Shown: positions 14,104 to 27,062 of the stretch, piece by piece
Numbering within the stretch: the stretch's first letter is position 1
How the letters are laid out: the number at the start of each line of letters is the position of its first letter
From: Azolla caroliniana
Taxonomy: Eukaryota > Plantae > Polypodiophyta
Length of the DNA: 64,000 bases
Assembly: GCA_043228905.1 (NCBI GenBank)
Contig: JBHGNT010000009.1
Span: 17,050,001-17,114,000 of the forward strand
Reading direction: 5' to 3'
Notes under the pieces: generated by a model
Told to the model about the DNA's origin: nothing
Seen by the model: only the letters and a program-made list of their open reading frames with translations
Databases searched by the model: none
Program-made: the position numbers and the translations under genes

Positions 14104-14931
14104 AAAAAGATGTCACGAAAAACTTGAGATGTGATTTTAATTCATATCCAGCACAAAGAAATGATCAAATAACCGGATAGGTATTATTTGAGACTAGCAT
14201 GGTAGATATTTCAGCGTCAGATGTTGAATCCACATTCCTCGTAGGTATGTCGCGAACAACTAGACATACGATTTAGGTCTACATACCCCAAAAGACAAAA
14301 TTCATAGGTTGGGATAGTTGAGTTCACAGAGTGTCAGATTAAGGACTTCATACTCAGATGTTGGATCTATGTTCAACATACACTGTATGTCGTGAACCAC
14401 TTGACATATCGTTTCATGCTCGACCGAAAAAAAATGTCGTAAACTACTAATTAAATTCACCGTAACAATACGATCGTGTGCGGAAATAGTTCACAAAACA
14501 AAATATGTACCGAACCACTTGAGATATGACGTTAATCCCTAGTTACCGCAAGGGTATAATCAAATGTGGATACACCGTCATAATATAAATGTCAAGGTCA
14601 TATGCTCCATCCGATTTCATTATAGAAAATATATTGCCCAACACTTGAGACATAATTTTCAACTATATTCACCACAAGAGTACTATGAGATGTTGGGATA
14701 GTTAAATTGGGACATTGTTCCACTGAAGATGTGAAGGTCACATTATTGATCCACATTCATGTCACAGAATATGTCGCGAACCATTTGAGGTATCGTGTGG
14801 AACTATAGTTACCACGGAAGACTTATGAAATGTGAGAAAATAGTCAAGTTCATGAAATAAAGGTTGCATGTTGAATTCATGTTCACCTTATATTAGGTTG
14901 ATCTATATTCCGCACACAAGCAGCATCAAAC

Positions 14932-15004
14932 GCGGGGATAGCCTAGTTCGGAGAGCGTTAGATTGAAGATTTGAAGGTCACGTGTTCGATCCACGTTCAC
15001 CGCA
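14932..15004 (+). pseudogene. tRNA-Phe pseudogene
   Basis: Shares the GCCTAG variant with 7375 and 10708. Confidence 0.7.
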
Positions 15005-15826
15005 AAAATGATGTCACGAAAAACTTGAGATATGATTTTGATGGACATCCAACACAAGGAAACGATTATATACCCGCATAGCTATTCTTTGAGATTGGCA
15101 CAGTAGATATTTGAACGATACTTGTTCAAACACGTTCCTTGTAGTTATGTTGCGAACAACTAGAGATAAGATTTAGGTCTCGATGAACCGAAAGAGAAAA
15201 TTCAAATGTGGGGATAGTTGAGTTCACAATGTGTCAAATTGAGGACTTGATGCTCAGATGTTGGATCTATGTTCAGGATACAATATATGTCGTGAACCAC
15301 TTGAGTTGTCGTTTCATGCTCGACTAAAAACAAGGTGGTAAACTATTAAATTGACCACAACAATGCGATCAAGTGCTAAAATGCTACAGAATACAACATA
15401 TGTACCGAACCACTTGAGATAGTTCATTGATCCCTAGTTACGACAAGAGTATAATTAAATGTGGGTAAACAGTCTTAATTAAAATCTCAGGGTCACGTTC
15501 TCGATTCAAATTCATTATAGAAAATATTTCGCTATACACTTTGCTATAAAATTTTCAGCTATATGCATTGGAACAGTACGATGAGATGTTGGGATAGTTG
15601 AATTTTGACATTATTCCATTGAAGGTGTCAAGGTCACATGATCGATCCACGTCAATCGCACAGAATATTTCGCGAACCACATGAGGTATCGTGTGGAACT
15701 ATATTTACCACAAAAGAATGATGAAATGTGGGAAGATAGTCATGTTCATGAAACAAAGGTTGCATGTTGAATTCACGTTTACTTTCTTTAAGGTTATCTA
15801 TATACCCTATGGAAGTGGAATCAAAC

Positions 15827-15899
15827 ACGGGGATAGCTTAGTTGGGACAACATTAGATTGAAGATTTGAAGGTTACGTGTTCGATCCACGTTCATCGAA
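15827..15899 (+). pseudogene. tRNA-Phe pseudogene
   Basis: Shares the GGACAACA variant with 8272 and 11605. Confidence 0.7.
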
Positions 15900-16727
15900 A
15901 AAAAGATGTCACAAAAAACTTGAGATATGATTTTGATTCATATCCAGCACAAAGAAAAGATCAAATAACCGGATAGCTATTATTTGAGATTAACATGGTA
16001 GATATTTTAACGTCACATGTTCCATTTACATTCCTCATAGGTATGTCGCGAACAACTAGAGATACGATATAGGTCTACATGAACCAAAAGAGAAAATTCA
16101 TATGTAGGGATAGTTGAGTTCACAAAGTGTCAGATTCAGGACTAGATGCTCAGATGTTGGATCTATGTTCAGGATACAATATATGTCGTGAACCACTTGA
16201 CATGTCGTTTCCTGCTCGACCGGAAAAAAATGTCGTAAACTATTAATTAAATTCACCATAACAATGCGATCAAGTGCGGAAATAGTTCACAAAACAAAAT
16301 ATGTATCAAACCACTTGAGATATTACGTTAATCCCTAGCTACCGCAAGAGTATAATGAAATGTGGATAGACCTTAAAACTCAAAATCTCAAGGTCACGTG
16401 CTCGATCCAATTTCATTATAGAAAATATATCGCCCAACACTTGAGACATAATTTTCAACTATATCCATACCAAGAGTACGATGAGATGATGGGATAGTTG
16501 AATTGGGGCATCGTTCCATTGGAGATGTCAAGGTTACATTATCGATCCACGCTCATCTTACAAAATAAGTCGCGAACCATTTGAGGAATCGTGTGGAACT
16601 ATAGTTACCACAGAAGATTTATGAAATGTGAGAAGATAGTCAAGTTCATGAAATAAAGGTTGCATGTTGAATTCACGTTCACCTTATATCAAGTTGATCT
16701 ATATTCCGCACAAAAGTAGCATCAAAC

Positions 16728-16800
16728 GCGGGGATAGCTCAGTTGGGAGAGCGTCAAACTGAAGATCTGAAGGTCACGTGTTCGATCCACGTTCACCACA
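16728..16800 (+). tRNA. trnF-GAA: tRNA-Phe(GAA) variant (G30A, G71A)
   Basis: Boxes intact, two stem mismatches. Confidence 0.6.
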
Positions 16801-17359
16801 AAAAAGATGTTACGAAAAACCTGAGATATGATTTTGATGCACATCCAACATAAAGAAACGATCAAATATCCGCATAGCTATTCTTTGAGACTGGCACAGT
16901 AGATATTTGAACGATACATGTTCAATAAACGTTCCTCGTAGTTATGTTGCGAACATCTAGAGATAAGATTTAGGTTTAGATGAACTAAAAGAGAAAATTC
17001 CAATGCGGCGATAGTTGAGTTGACAATGTGTCAGATTGAGAACTTGATCCTCAGATGTTGGATCAATGTTCAGGATACAATATATGTCGTGAACCACTTG
17101 AGTTTTCGTTTCATGCTCGACTGGAAAAAAAGTGGTAAACTATTAAATTGACCGCAACAATGCGATCAAGTGCTAAAATGGTTCACAAAGCAAAATATGT
17201 ACTGAACCACTTGAGATATGACATTGATCCTTAGTTACCGCAAGAGTATAGTCAAATGTGGGTAGAAGGTCAAAATTAAAATCTTAGGGTCACGTGCTCG
17301 ATTCAAGTTCAGTATAGAAAATATATCGCTAAACACTTGACATAGAAGCGTGACCAAAC

Positions 17360-17432
17360 ACAGGGATAGCTCAGTTGGGAGAGCGTCAGACTAAAGATCT
17401 AAAGATCACGTGTTCGATCCACATTCACCGCA
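17360..17432 (+). pseudogene. tRNA-Phe copy with AAA anticodon
   Basis: Loop CTAAAGA and several G>A changes. Confidence 0.7.
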
Positions 17433-18161
17433 AAAAAGATGTCACGAACAAATCGAGTTATGATTATCCAACATCAAGAAACAATCAAATACCCGGATAG
17501 TTATTCTTTGAGACTAGCACACTAGATATTTGAACGTCACATGTTCAATCTACGTTCCTTATAGGATGTATGTCACGAACAACTAGAGTTAAGATTTAGG
17601 TCTACGTACGTGAACCACAAAAAAAATTCAAATGCAGGGATAGTTGAGTTCACATAGTGTCAGGTTGATGACTTCAAGCTCAGATGTTGGATCTATGTTC
17701 ATCACACAAAATATTTTGCGAACCACTTTCGATATCATTTCATGCTGGGCCGAAAAAAACAATGCGATCAAGTGCGGAAATAGTTCAGAACACAAAATAT
17801 GTACGCAACCACTTGAGATATGATGTTTATTAAAGAGTACGATCCAGGTTCATTATAGAAAATATATCGCCAAACACTTGAGATATAATTTCCAACTATA
17901 TCCATTGCAAGAGTACGATGAGATGTTAGGATAGCTGAATTAGAATATCGTTCCATTGAAGATGTCAAGGTCACATGATTGATCCATGTTCATCGCACAG
18001 AATATGTCGCAACCACTTGAGGTAACGTGTGGAATTATAGTTACCACAAAAGAATGATGAAATTTGGGAAGATAATCAAGTTCATGAAATAAAGGTCACA
18101 TGTTGAATTCATGTTCACCTTATATTAGGATGCCATTTCCCCACAAGAAATGGCATCAAAC

Positions 18162-18234
18162 GCGGCGATAGCTCAGTTGGGAGAGCGTTAGACTGAAGAT
18201 CTAAAGGTCACGTGTTCGATCCACGTTCACCGCA
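18162..18234 (+). tRNA. trnF-GAA: tRNA-Phe(GAA) with compensated anticodon stem (U28-A42)
   Basis: TTAGA-CTGAAGA-TCTAA; G5C lies at the naturally unpaired 5:68 position; boxes intact. Confidence 0.75.
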
Positions 18235-19024
18235 AAAAAGATGTCACGAACAACTTGAGATAGGATTTTGATGCACATGCACCACAAAGAAACAATCAAA
18301 TACCCGGATAGCTATTTTGGGAGAGTGGCAAAGTAGACATTTGAACATTATATGCTCAATCCACGTTCATCATAAGAAGTATGTTTCGAACAACTACAGA
18401 TATGATTTAGGTCAACGCCAACCATAAGTGAAAAATCAAATGCGAGGATTGGTCAGTTCGCAGAGTGCCAGATTCAAGAATTGATGCTCAGATGTTGGAT
18501 CTAGTTCAGGGCACAAAATATGTTGCGAACCACTTGAGATATCATTTCATGATCAACTGAAAACAAATGTTGTAAGCTATTAAATTCATCGCAACAATGC
18601 GATCAAGTGCGGAAATAGTTGACAACACAAAATATGTACCGAACCACTTCATATATCATGTTGATCCGTAATTACTGCAAGAGTATAATCAAACGTGGTG
18701 GGAGCATCATACTCGAAATATTATAGAAGATATATCGCGAAATTCTTGAGATATAATTTTGATCTATGTCCACTGCAAGAGTACGATGAGAAATAGGAAT
18801 TGGGACATCGTTCCATTGAAGATGTCAAGGTCACATGACCGAACCATGTTTACAACAGAAAGTATGACGCAAACCACTTGAGGTATCATATCGAACTATA
18901 ATTACCAGAAAAGAATGTTAAAATGTGGGAAGAGAATCAACTTCATCTCATAAAGGTCACCTATTGAATTCATCTTCATTGTATATCATGTTGATCTATA
19001 TGCCTCGGAAAACTAGGATCAAAC

Positions 19025-19096
19025 ACGGGGATAGCTCAGTTGGGAGAGCGTCAGACTAAAGATTTGAATGTGACGTGTCGATCCACGTTCATCGCA
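19025..19096 (+). pseudogene. tRNA-Phe pseudogene (AAA anticodon, T-loop deletion)
   Basis: CTAAAGA loop; T-arm reads GTGTCGATCC. Confidence 0.7.
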
Positions 19097-19387
19097 AACT
19101 ATAGATTTGAACGTCACATTTTAAATTCATGTTCATTGTAGGAAGTATGTCAAGAAAAACTAGAGATATTATTTAGGTCCACGTTAACCACAAGAGAAAA
19201 TTCAAGTGCAGGGATAACTGAGTTCGCAGAGTGTCAGATTGAAGGCTTGATTCTCAAATATTGGATATATGTTTAGGGTATAAGATATGTCGCAAACCAT
19301 TTGAGATATCGTTTTATGCTCGAGACAACAAATGTCGTAGACTATTAAATTCACCGCAACAATGCGATCAAATGCGGAAATAGTTCA

Positions 19388-22300
19388 TGTAAAGAATCGG
19401 GTATCATTCTTGTGTAATGGAAGATATGTGTGTTATGTGTATGTGTGAGAGGAATTAGAGGAGAGATTAGAGAACACAAAATAGATAGAAAAGGAATACT
19501 CAAGAAGAAGGTGTATATTGCACAAATAGAATAAGAATTACAAAATGTAGCATAATAAGGAGTCACAACCGACTTAGTGTGAAGTATGAGGAGGGTGCTT
19601 TATATAGATTCACCCTCTCTCTTCATTAACTTAAAATAACCACTCTGTCTCTTGGGGAATGTGAAGACTCATAGTAATGGGGAATATGTAACTCATTAGT
19701 TATGTGTCATAGAATATGATTCTATGACACATAGTTAATGTGTAGAGAGTAGTGGTGTGATTCTTGACCTTTGAGTAATCACGGATTCTCAAAAGGTGTG
19801 TTCACACATTGCACTATGTTTAGCTTGATTCTCAACACATCCCCTCAAGCTCAACTCGGGTAGGTTCCTTTTGGTGGATGTCTGCTTCGGCTCGTATCCG
19901 GTTCGGACGATCTTTGGTGTCCACTTCGGCTCGTACCCGGTTCGGACGGTATCTGGTTCTTGCTTGTACTCCCCCTCAAGCTTGGCAAGTCAGGAATCGT
20001 CAATCCGAGGTCTAACATGAATTGCCAACGTTTCTCGGCTCCTAAGGCTTTGCTGAAGATGTCAGCCATCTGAAGATTCATGTTGAAGGTCGACATCTCC
20101 GGCCTATACGTGCTCTCAAATGAAGTGATAGTGCACTTCGATGTGCTTTGTGCTCGCGTGGAACACTGGGTTCCGAGCCAGATATATACTACTCATATTG
20201 TCGCAGTAAATGGGAGTCGGATCCTTGATGGGGACGCCCAGATCCTTCAAAATCCTCAAGAGCCATACGGCTTCACATGCAGCTACGGCTGCGCCCCTGT
20301 ATTTGGCCTCCGTACTCGAAAGTGTGACGGTAGGCTGCTTCTTACTACTCCAAGATATTGCTCCGCTACTGAACGAGAAGACAAATTCGGAGGTCGGTCG
20401 TCGATCAACGAGATAGTCGTATTGGTGTGGCCGATGCGTAGAGAACGTAATCCATTGTGCCGCTCACGTATCGTAATACTCGCTTAGCGCAATCCAAGTG
20501 AATGTTGTGTGGTTTTTGCATGAATTGGCTGAGGAGTTGGACTAGATAGCTAAGGTCGGGTCGAGTGATCGTGAGATAGAGGAGACTCCCGATTAGTTGA
20601 CGATATTGGGTCGGCTCGCACTCATCTATGCCGAGGTCAACATCCAATTTGAGGTTTCGATCGAGAGGCGTAGCGAACGATTTGAACTCAATCATCCAGA
20701 ACTTGTATAACAAGTTGAGAATGTAGTGCCGTTGAGAGATCATAATGCTGGCCGGAATCCGAATTACTTCAATGCCAAGGAAGTAATGAAGCTCGTTCAT
20801 GTCCGTCATCTCGAATTTGTTGGAGAGGAGGGACTTCAACTTGTTGATGTCGACTAAATGCTCACCTCCAATAACCAGATCATCCACGTAGAGGATGATG
20901 ACAATTAGACTTCTAGAGTCGTGGCGTACGTAGAGGGAGTTGTCGGATTTCGACATTCGAAATCTGATTTGGTGAAGATATTGCGTAATCTTCGAATGCC
21001 AAGCACGCGGTGCTTGCTTGAGGCCGTAGAGTGGCTTCTTGAGTTGGCACATGGCTTTCGAATGAATGCATGATTCGAAGCTGGGAGGTTGTACCATGTA
21101 CACCTCCTCTTCTAATTCGCCTTGAAGGAAAGCGTTCTTGATGTCCATCTGGTGGAGGTGCCACCCTTTCGCCACTGCAAGTGCAGTTACGGTCCGCACC
21201 GTCATCATCTTTGCCACAGGGGTAAAGGTCTCTTCATAGTCGATTCCATGTGTTTGTGCGTATCCTTTCGCTACGAGTCGAGCTTTGTAGCGGTTGACGG
21301 AGCCGTTGGCATTATACTTCACCTTGTAGATCCATCTGCAGCCAATTGCCTTCTTGAGCGGTGAGTGGCGAACGAGATCCCATGTCTCGTTCTTGCATAC
21401 TGCACACATCTCCTCGTTCATTGCTTCGATCCATCGTGGGTCCTTCGCGGCTTCGGAAAAGGTTTCCGGCTCCCGCACTGTTGGTACCTTATCATAAAGG
21501 CGTAATGGTACACCATGTAATCGTTGTAGCCGAATCGGCTTACGGGGTTCTTTTCATGGGTGGATCGGCGGAGCTTCTTATTTGCGGATACTATGGCTTT
21601 CTCCGCTCCATTTGTCCGGATCTCAAGGCCTTCAAACTCATTATCGAGGGAGTGAGTCGATTCGTTGCCGTCGAAGTGATCGTCTTCATACTCTGGCATT
21701 TTCACCATCCCTTTGTCCATCTTCGGACTCGGCTCAGATGTGCTTTGATCGCTCGGGGGCTCTTGTGGCTCACTAAGCCTTGTCGTTATTGGGCTTTCTT
21801 CGTAATTGAGTCGATCTTCGGCTTCTATCTCTATTTCGGCGGAATCCGGGTCAAGCAGAATCAAAGTCGAAGTTGTCTCTGGTGCATACCAGGATGCGGA
21901 CTCGTCGAAAATGACATCTCGACTTACTCGAGATTTTCGAGTTGAGGGGTTGTAGCACTTGTACCCCTTTTGCTCCAGTGAGTATCCTACGAGGATACAT
22001 TTCTTCGACTTCGGGTCAAGCTTTTGACGCTTCTCGTCGGGGATGTGCACATACGCAATGGATCCTAATATCCGGACGTGTGATAGATCTAGCTTCTTTC
22101 GGAAAAACTTTTCGTGCGGCGTGAGGTCATGGACGCCGGATGTTGTACACCGATTCATGAGTTATACGGCTCTGTTAGCCGCTTCTGCCCAATACGACTT
22201 CGGCACGTGCTTTTCGTTCATCATGGCCCGTGCTACTTCAAGGATGTGCCGATTCTTTCGTTTGGCCACTCCGTTTTGTTGTGGCGTATGTCGACACGAA

Positions 22301-24450
22301 AACTCTCGCCGAATTCCTTCTTTTCGTAGATATGCCGTAAACTCATTCGAGAAATATTCCTTGCCTCCATCTAACCGAAGACATCGTACATGTTGACCCG
22401 TGTCTTTCTCGACTTCATTCTTGAATTTTTGGAAGTGTCCAAACACTTCACTCTTTTGCCGCATCGGGTAGATCCAAGTGTGCCTAGAGAAGTCGTCTAT
22501 AAAGGTCACATAGTATTGGCATCCACCGAATGTCGTCGTCTGAGCCGGACCCCATACATCGGAAATGGGTGCCGATGTTGCTTGTCGAATTGGCAAGCGG
22601 CACACACACCTTCAATCTCTTTCTCCATGAATGTCGGGAGCCCGATGATGACTCCTTTCGATTGCATTGCCTTGACCTTTTGGAGGTTGATATGGCCAAT
22701 CCGCTTGTGCCATAACTCTATGTTGGAATCGGCTTTCATGCCCTTTGCGAACATGGCCGATTTCATCTCGTGCGAGTCGAGAATGAACATTCGGCCCTCT
22801 CTCCATCCGCGCACGATGAGTTGGCCCTCTTTTTCTATGAAGCAACCACCTTGATTAAATCGAACTTCCATTCCTTGCTCTACAATTTGGCCGAGGGAGA
22901 CCAAATTCTTCGTAATTGTTGGAACATGCAAGGCATTTTTAATGTATTTTTTCTTACCTTCTTTTCTGAACGAAACATTGCCGATGTGCCGAATCGGATG
23001 CGTAGTGTCGTCTCGGTTTCGACATAGTCGGGTCGGTCCGGCTCTCGAAGTTCTTGGAACCATTCTTGATGTGACGTCATATGGTTCGAGGCATCGGAAT
23101 CCATGAACCATACATCTTTCGGACCGGAGACACTAGTAGAAGTAGAGGCCGACATAGAATTCACTCTATGTCTCATTACGAATAATCCACTGTAGTCGTC
23201 GTACTCGTAGTCCGTGCGTAATTGGTCAGTTGTCGACTAGTGGAAGCCAACTCACGCATCTTCTTTCGGCACTCTTCTTCGCGGTGGCCGATTTTGCCGC
23301 AATATCCGCATTCGACCAAGCTTTGTCGGTTTGGACCGGAATGGAAGCTCCCCCTTCTTCCAAAGGTTCCTCGATGGCTTCCGTCTTGATGCCGAAATTG
23401 CGAGTTGTTTTCGTATGTTGGGCCTTGTCCGCCTTGTCCTTGGCCGAATTGGCCTCTTCTTGCACGGTCATGTCCTCTTCCTCCGTCCGAATGTGTGTAG
23501 ATCATGTGGCCTTCTGAGGCATTGCTCCTCGTTAGAACATGGTTTTCTTCGACCAACACCATAGATTGAAGATCAAAGGAGGGTGGATTCTCCTGTGCTA
23601 GTACGGCGGTCCGCATTGCGCTGAATCGTGGTGCAATGCCGCCGAGGCATATTTGCACCATCTCATCATCGTCCACATTGACTCTTATCGAGCCAAACGA
23701 GTCGCAAAGCTCCTTGATCTTTAGGGTGTAGCTTGTGATGCACATATCCCTTTGTTGAATGTTGTTCAACTCTTGGCGGAGTTGAAGCTTTCTCGCGGTA
23801 GTGTTGGCGGCGAAAATCTTTCGTAGATTCTCCCACGCTTCCTTCGGCGTCCCGGCTTCTCGAATGTACCCAAGCATGTGGTTGTGAACACATGTCATCA
23901 AGCAATACATCACTCGGCTTGCCGCTTGCTCCCACGTTGCATAGTCGGCATCTTTCGGGTTGGGTCAGTTTTCTTGTGCTCCCTTGATGTAACCCCAATA
24001 GCCTTGGATGACAAGATATTGGTGCATCTTGTACTCCCAAGATGTGAAGTTGTTTCGTTCCAACTTCTCGCTAGGGAGAGCGCACCCCATTTGAGTATTC
24101 ATTGTCGATTAAGCTTCCTTTCTTTTCCTTCTCTCTCGAGCACGAGCTATGTAGTGGTACTATGATAGCGATGAGCCAGTTCTTCTTGAACGTTGGCGTA
24201 GAGCACAACGAACGATCATGATGAGGCGAGTGGGCTAGATCGAGCTACCAAATCACTCTGATACCATGTAAAGAATCGGGTATGATTCTTGTGTAGTGGA
24301 AGAGATGTGTGTTATGTGTATGTGTGAGAGGAATTAGAGGAGAGATGAGAGAACACAAGATAGATAGAAAAAGGAATACTCAAGAAGAAGGTGTATATTG
24401 CACAAACAGAATAAGAATTACAAAATGTAGCATAATAAGGAGTCACAACC
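19388..24450 (-). mobile_element. Ty1/Copia LTR retrotransposon, degenerate (possibly Bryco/Lyco-like), inserted in the tRNA array
   Basis: 3' LTR 19388-19837; truncated 5' LTR 24267-24450; PBS TGGTATCAGAG (tRNA-iMet); order gag-PR-IN-RT-RH; YVDD motif. Confidence 0.92.
19851..24102 (-). pseudogene. Copia gag-pol, fragmented
   Basis: ORF pieces 23176-23913 (gag, CCHC), 22880-23176 (PR, WFMDS), 22162-22605 (IN core) and 20405-21478 (RT). Confidence 0.9.
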
Positions 24451-24860
24451 AAGTTCATTATAGAAAATATATAATTTTGATGTATATCCACTATGAGAGT
24501 ACAATGAGAAGTTGGCATTGGTGAATTGGGACATCGTTCCATTGAAGATGTCCATGTCAAATTATCGATCCACGTTCACTGCAAAAAATATATCGCGAAT
24601 CACTTGAGCTATTGCATTAAACTATAGTTACCACAAAAGAATGATCAAATGTGGGAAGAGAGTCAACTTCATCACATGTTGAATTCACATTCACTGTATA
24701 TCATGTTGATCTATATTCCCTAGAAAACTGGGATCAAACGCGGGGATAGCTTAGTTGGGAGAGTGTCATACTGAAGATCTGAAGGTCACGTGTTCGATCC
24801 ATGTTCATTGGAAAAAAGATGTCACGAACAACATGACATATGAATTTGGTCCATATCCAC
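24451..24860 (+). repeat. Terminal unit of the + strand tRNA-Phe array
   Basis: Same monomer sequences resume after the Copia element. Confidence 0.85.
24740..24812 (+). pseudogene. tRNA-Phe pseudogene
   Basis: GAA loop retained, acceptor 3' strand degraded. Confidence 0.7.
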
Positions 24861-25190
24861 GTGTTCGGTCATTTCTTTGTGTTGTGCTCTCTTATAAATA
24901 ACCCATATTTTTCTTCCATTTGATATAACGAAATATTTGAAGAAAAAAGTTCAAACAAATGGGACAAAACTGCCATATTAGTTAAAAAAGAGTTTTAAGA
25001 GAATTTTTTTGCAATAAGAAAAATATCATCTCCCTCTATACTATCCTTTCCAACCATTTTATTCTTATTTTTGCATACTTCTCTAATAGAAAGAATGACA
25101 TAGATCATAAGGAAAACCCTTAGTCCTAATAGTATATTTTGTTGGCTTTTTGTTTCACTTTGACAATAACTAATCAAAAGGTAAGTCGGG

Positions 25191-25723
25191 CTAAGCTTTC
25201 TCCCACTTCAATGGCTTAACGATTTCCATATGAAGTCGGGGTCATCACAACCAAAGTGACCATATGTAGGGGTCTTCTGGTAATGTTTGTTTCCGCCTCT
25301 GCAAAGGTCAAGGTGAATAGCTGTCATCTAAGGTAGAAAAACATTGGGATTAGGGTTTCTTGAAGTAAAAAACATTCTCATCATTTCGTTTCAATTTCAA
25401 GAATAAAAAGGAAACACAATGAATACATTTTCCTAAACTATTATACATTCCTTGACCAATATGCACAACCAAACTTGGTTTCTACTAAGCTCCAAAGAAG
25501 AATAGTGTTCAATATTTTGTCATGACTTTATTTGTATGAAAAAGGACAAAACATGCCACAATGAGTAAAGAACAAGGCTTAGGAAATACCGGGACAATGC
25601 AATGATGAGCAAGTCTTGTTGCTGCAACAATACTCTTCACAACTTGCCTCACAATGTAGCCTTACTCGAATTGAACTTGGCATGGTCCTTCCTAGAGAAA
25701 GCACCACCATCATGAGCTCCCAA
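25191..25723 (-). pseudogene. SAMS: S-adenosylmethionine synthetase C-terminal fragments
   Basis: Manual translation across frameshifts: LGAHDGGAFSRKD...YIVRQVVKSIVAA...CIV and [39 protein letters not shown], matching plant SAMS motifs GAHGGGAFSGKD and [21 protein letters not shown]. Confidence 0.85.
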
Positions 25724-26093
25724 TGAGGCTTCTCAAGACCATAAGAACTCTTTTTGCCAGTGAAATGACAATAGCAAATACACAAATTAACATGGAAAAA
25801 AAGAACATGAGATGGAATGCTACCAATGCATGTGTGCATGCATTCATACATGCATACAAATAGACACATACAAACACAACTATGCATATGCAAATACACA
25901 TGCACACGTATGAATATGGTAAAAAATTGATATGGTACTAAATCAATAACCCTCGAAAAGTGGTTTGGATCCTAATGGCCACAAATTCTCACCTTCTTGT
26001 AGCTCATCCTACACATCCTTGCTTGCCAAAGGAGGCCACTTCGAAGAGGTCAATCATGCTCATGGCTCCTTCTCTCTTGCTCTCTTTGCTTTC

Positions 26094-26098
<5 letters not shown>

Positions 26099-26124
<26 letters not shown>
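26099..26124. repeat. (CT)n microsatellite
   Basis: Seen directly. Confidence 0.9.
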
Positions 26125-26125
<1 letters not shown>

Positions 26126-26502
26126 AAACCAAAGCAACTCACTTACTATTGATAACTCCAAAATGTAAACATACATACATCCATGTCATGAAGAAAAAAC
26201 CCTTACAAATAAATTCCCAATAGCTACTATTTCTAAGCAACTAGACTCAATAAAGTGGAAAAGGCCGATAAAAAATGCAAACAAAAAGACACTACTTCTC
26301 TTGGATAGTTAATTAATTAATTTTAATCAAACAATGAGAATCCCTTTCTCTTTTACTTCTTCCTTCTCTTCTACAATAGGAGCACCACCACCACCACCAC
26401 TACCCCCTCCCCCACCCGTAGCCGATGTTATTGATCCACTAGACACAAAGCCGCCCCTCATCCACCGCCAATGATTACCTGGAAGACTGATCCAAAAGCG
26501 CA

Positions 26503-26506
<4 letters not shown>

Positions 26507-26539
<33 letters not shown>
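26507..26539. repeat. (GA)n microsatellite
   Basis: Seen directly. Confidence 0.9.
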
Positions 26540-26542
<3 letters not shown>

Positions 26543-26819
26543 CATAAGCAAGTGCTAAATATTGAAGGAAGAATCAATGGATCTCTCAAGGCAACCTCCA
26601 TCCTCCGAAGCAAGGTGTTTCTTAGCTCTCCAAGAGCCACCGCCGCTTGTGCTGATGAAGGTCAAGACGACCAACCATAGATACAAATAAACATTGTCTC
26701 TCTCTATCTCGTTTCTCCTGTGAGAAAAAGGGAAAGAAGCAATTAACAAAGATGAATCTCTCTCTCTCCCCCCCCCCCTTCTTCCCCCATTTTTTCAAAC
26801 AATTAGTGTTTTAAAAATA

Positions 26820-27062
26820 GTGTGTGTATGTTGTATATATATGCATGTGTATATATGTATGTGTTGTGTGTATGTAGGTAGGTACATATTGTATTGTATA
26901 TATTGTATGTATGGCATGTTAGTATGTAGGGTATGTGTTATGTGCTTATGCGTATGTTCTATGTATGTGCATATGTATTGCATGCATATATTGTATGTTC
27001 TATGTATTGTATATTCTATGTATGTGCATTGTATTGCATGTGTGTATGTATGTATATGTTTT
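26820..27062. repeat. TATG/TG low-complexity tract, left part
   Basis: Degenerate alternating purine-pyrimidine sequence. Confidence 0.85.

Larger units (their letters stand above)
3691..19387 (+). repeat. tRNA-Phe-derived higher-order tandem array (~900-bp units of ~7 monomers)
   Basis: tRNA-Phe copies mostly spaced 863-909 bp apart (629-802 bp where deleted); the spacer consists of degenerate tRNA-Phe plus flank monomers. Confidence 0.95.

Noticed and set aside
5133-17974. Short 60-80 aa ORFs in the tRNA array
   Set aside because: Chance translations of satellite DNA; they recur only because of the duplication
3691-19387. CRISPR-like repeat/spacer array
   Set aside because: The spacers are homologous to one another and hundreds of bp long, the repeat is a tRNA, and no cas genes are present
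25960-26070. Possible further SAMS fragment (VAIRIQT versus VPIRVHT)
   Set aside because: Too weak to support without a search
26327-26470. Resemblance to the acidic ribosomal P-protein hinge (GGGG...EEKEEVKEK)
   Set aside because: Low-complexity similarity only; the conserved DMGFSLFD terminus is absent
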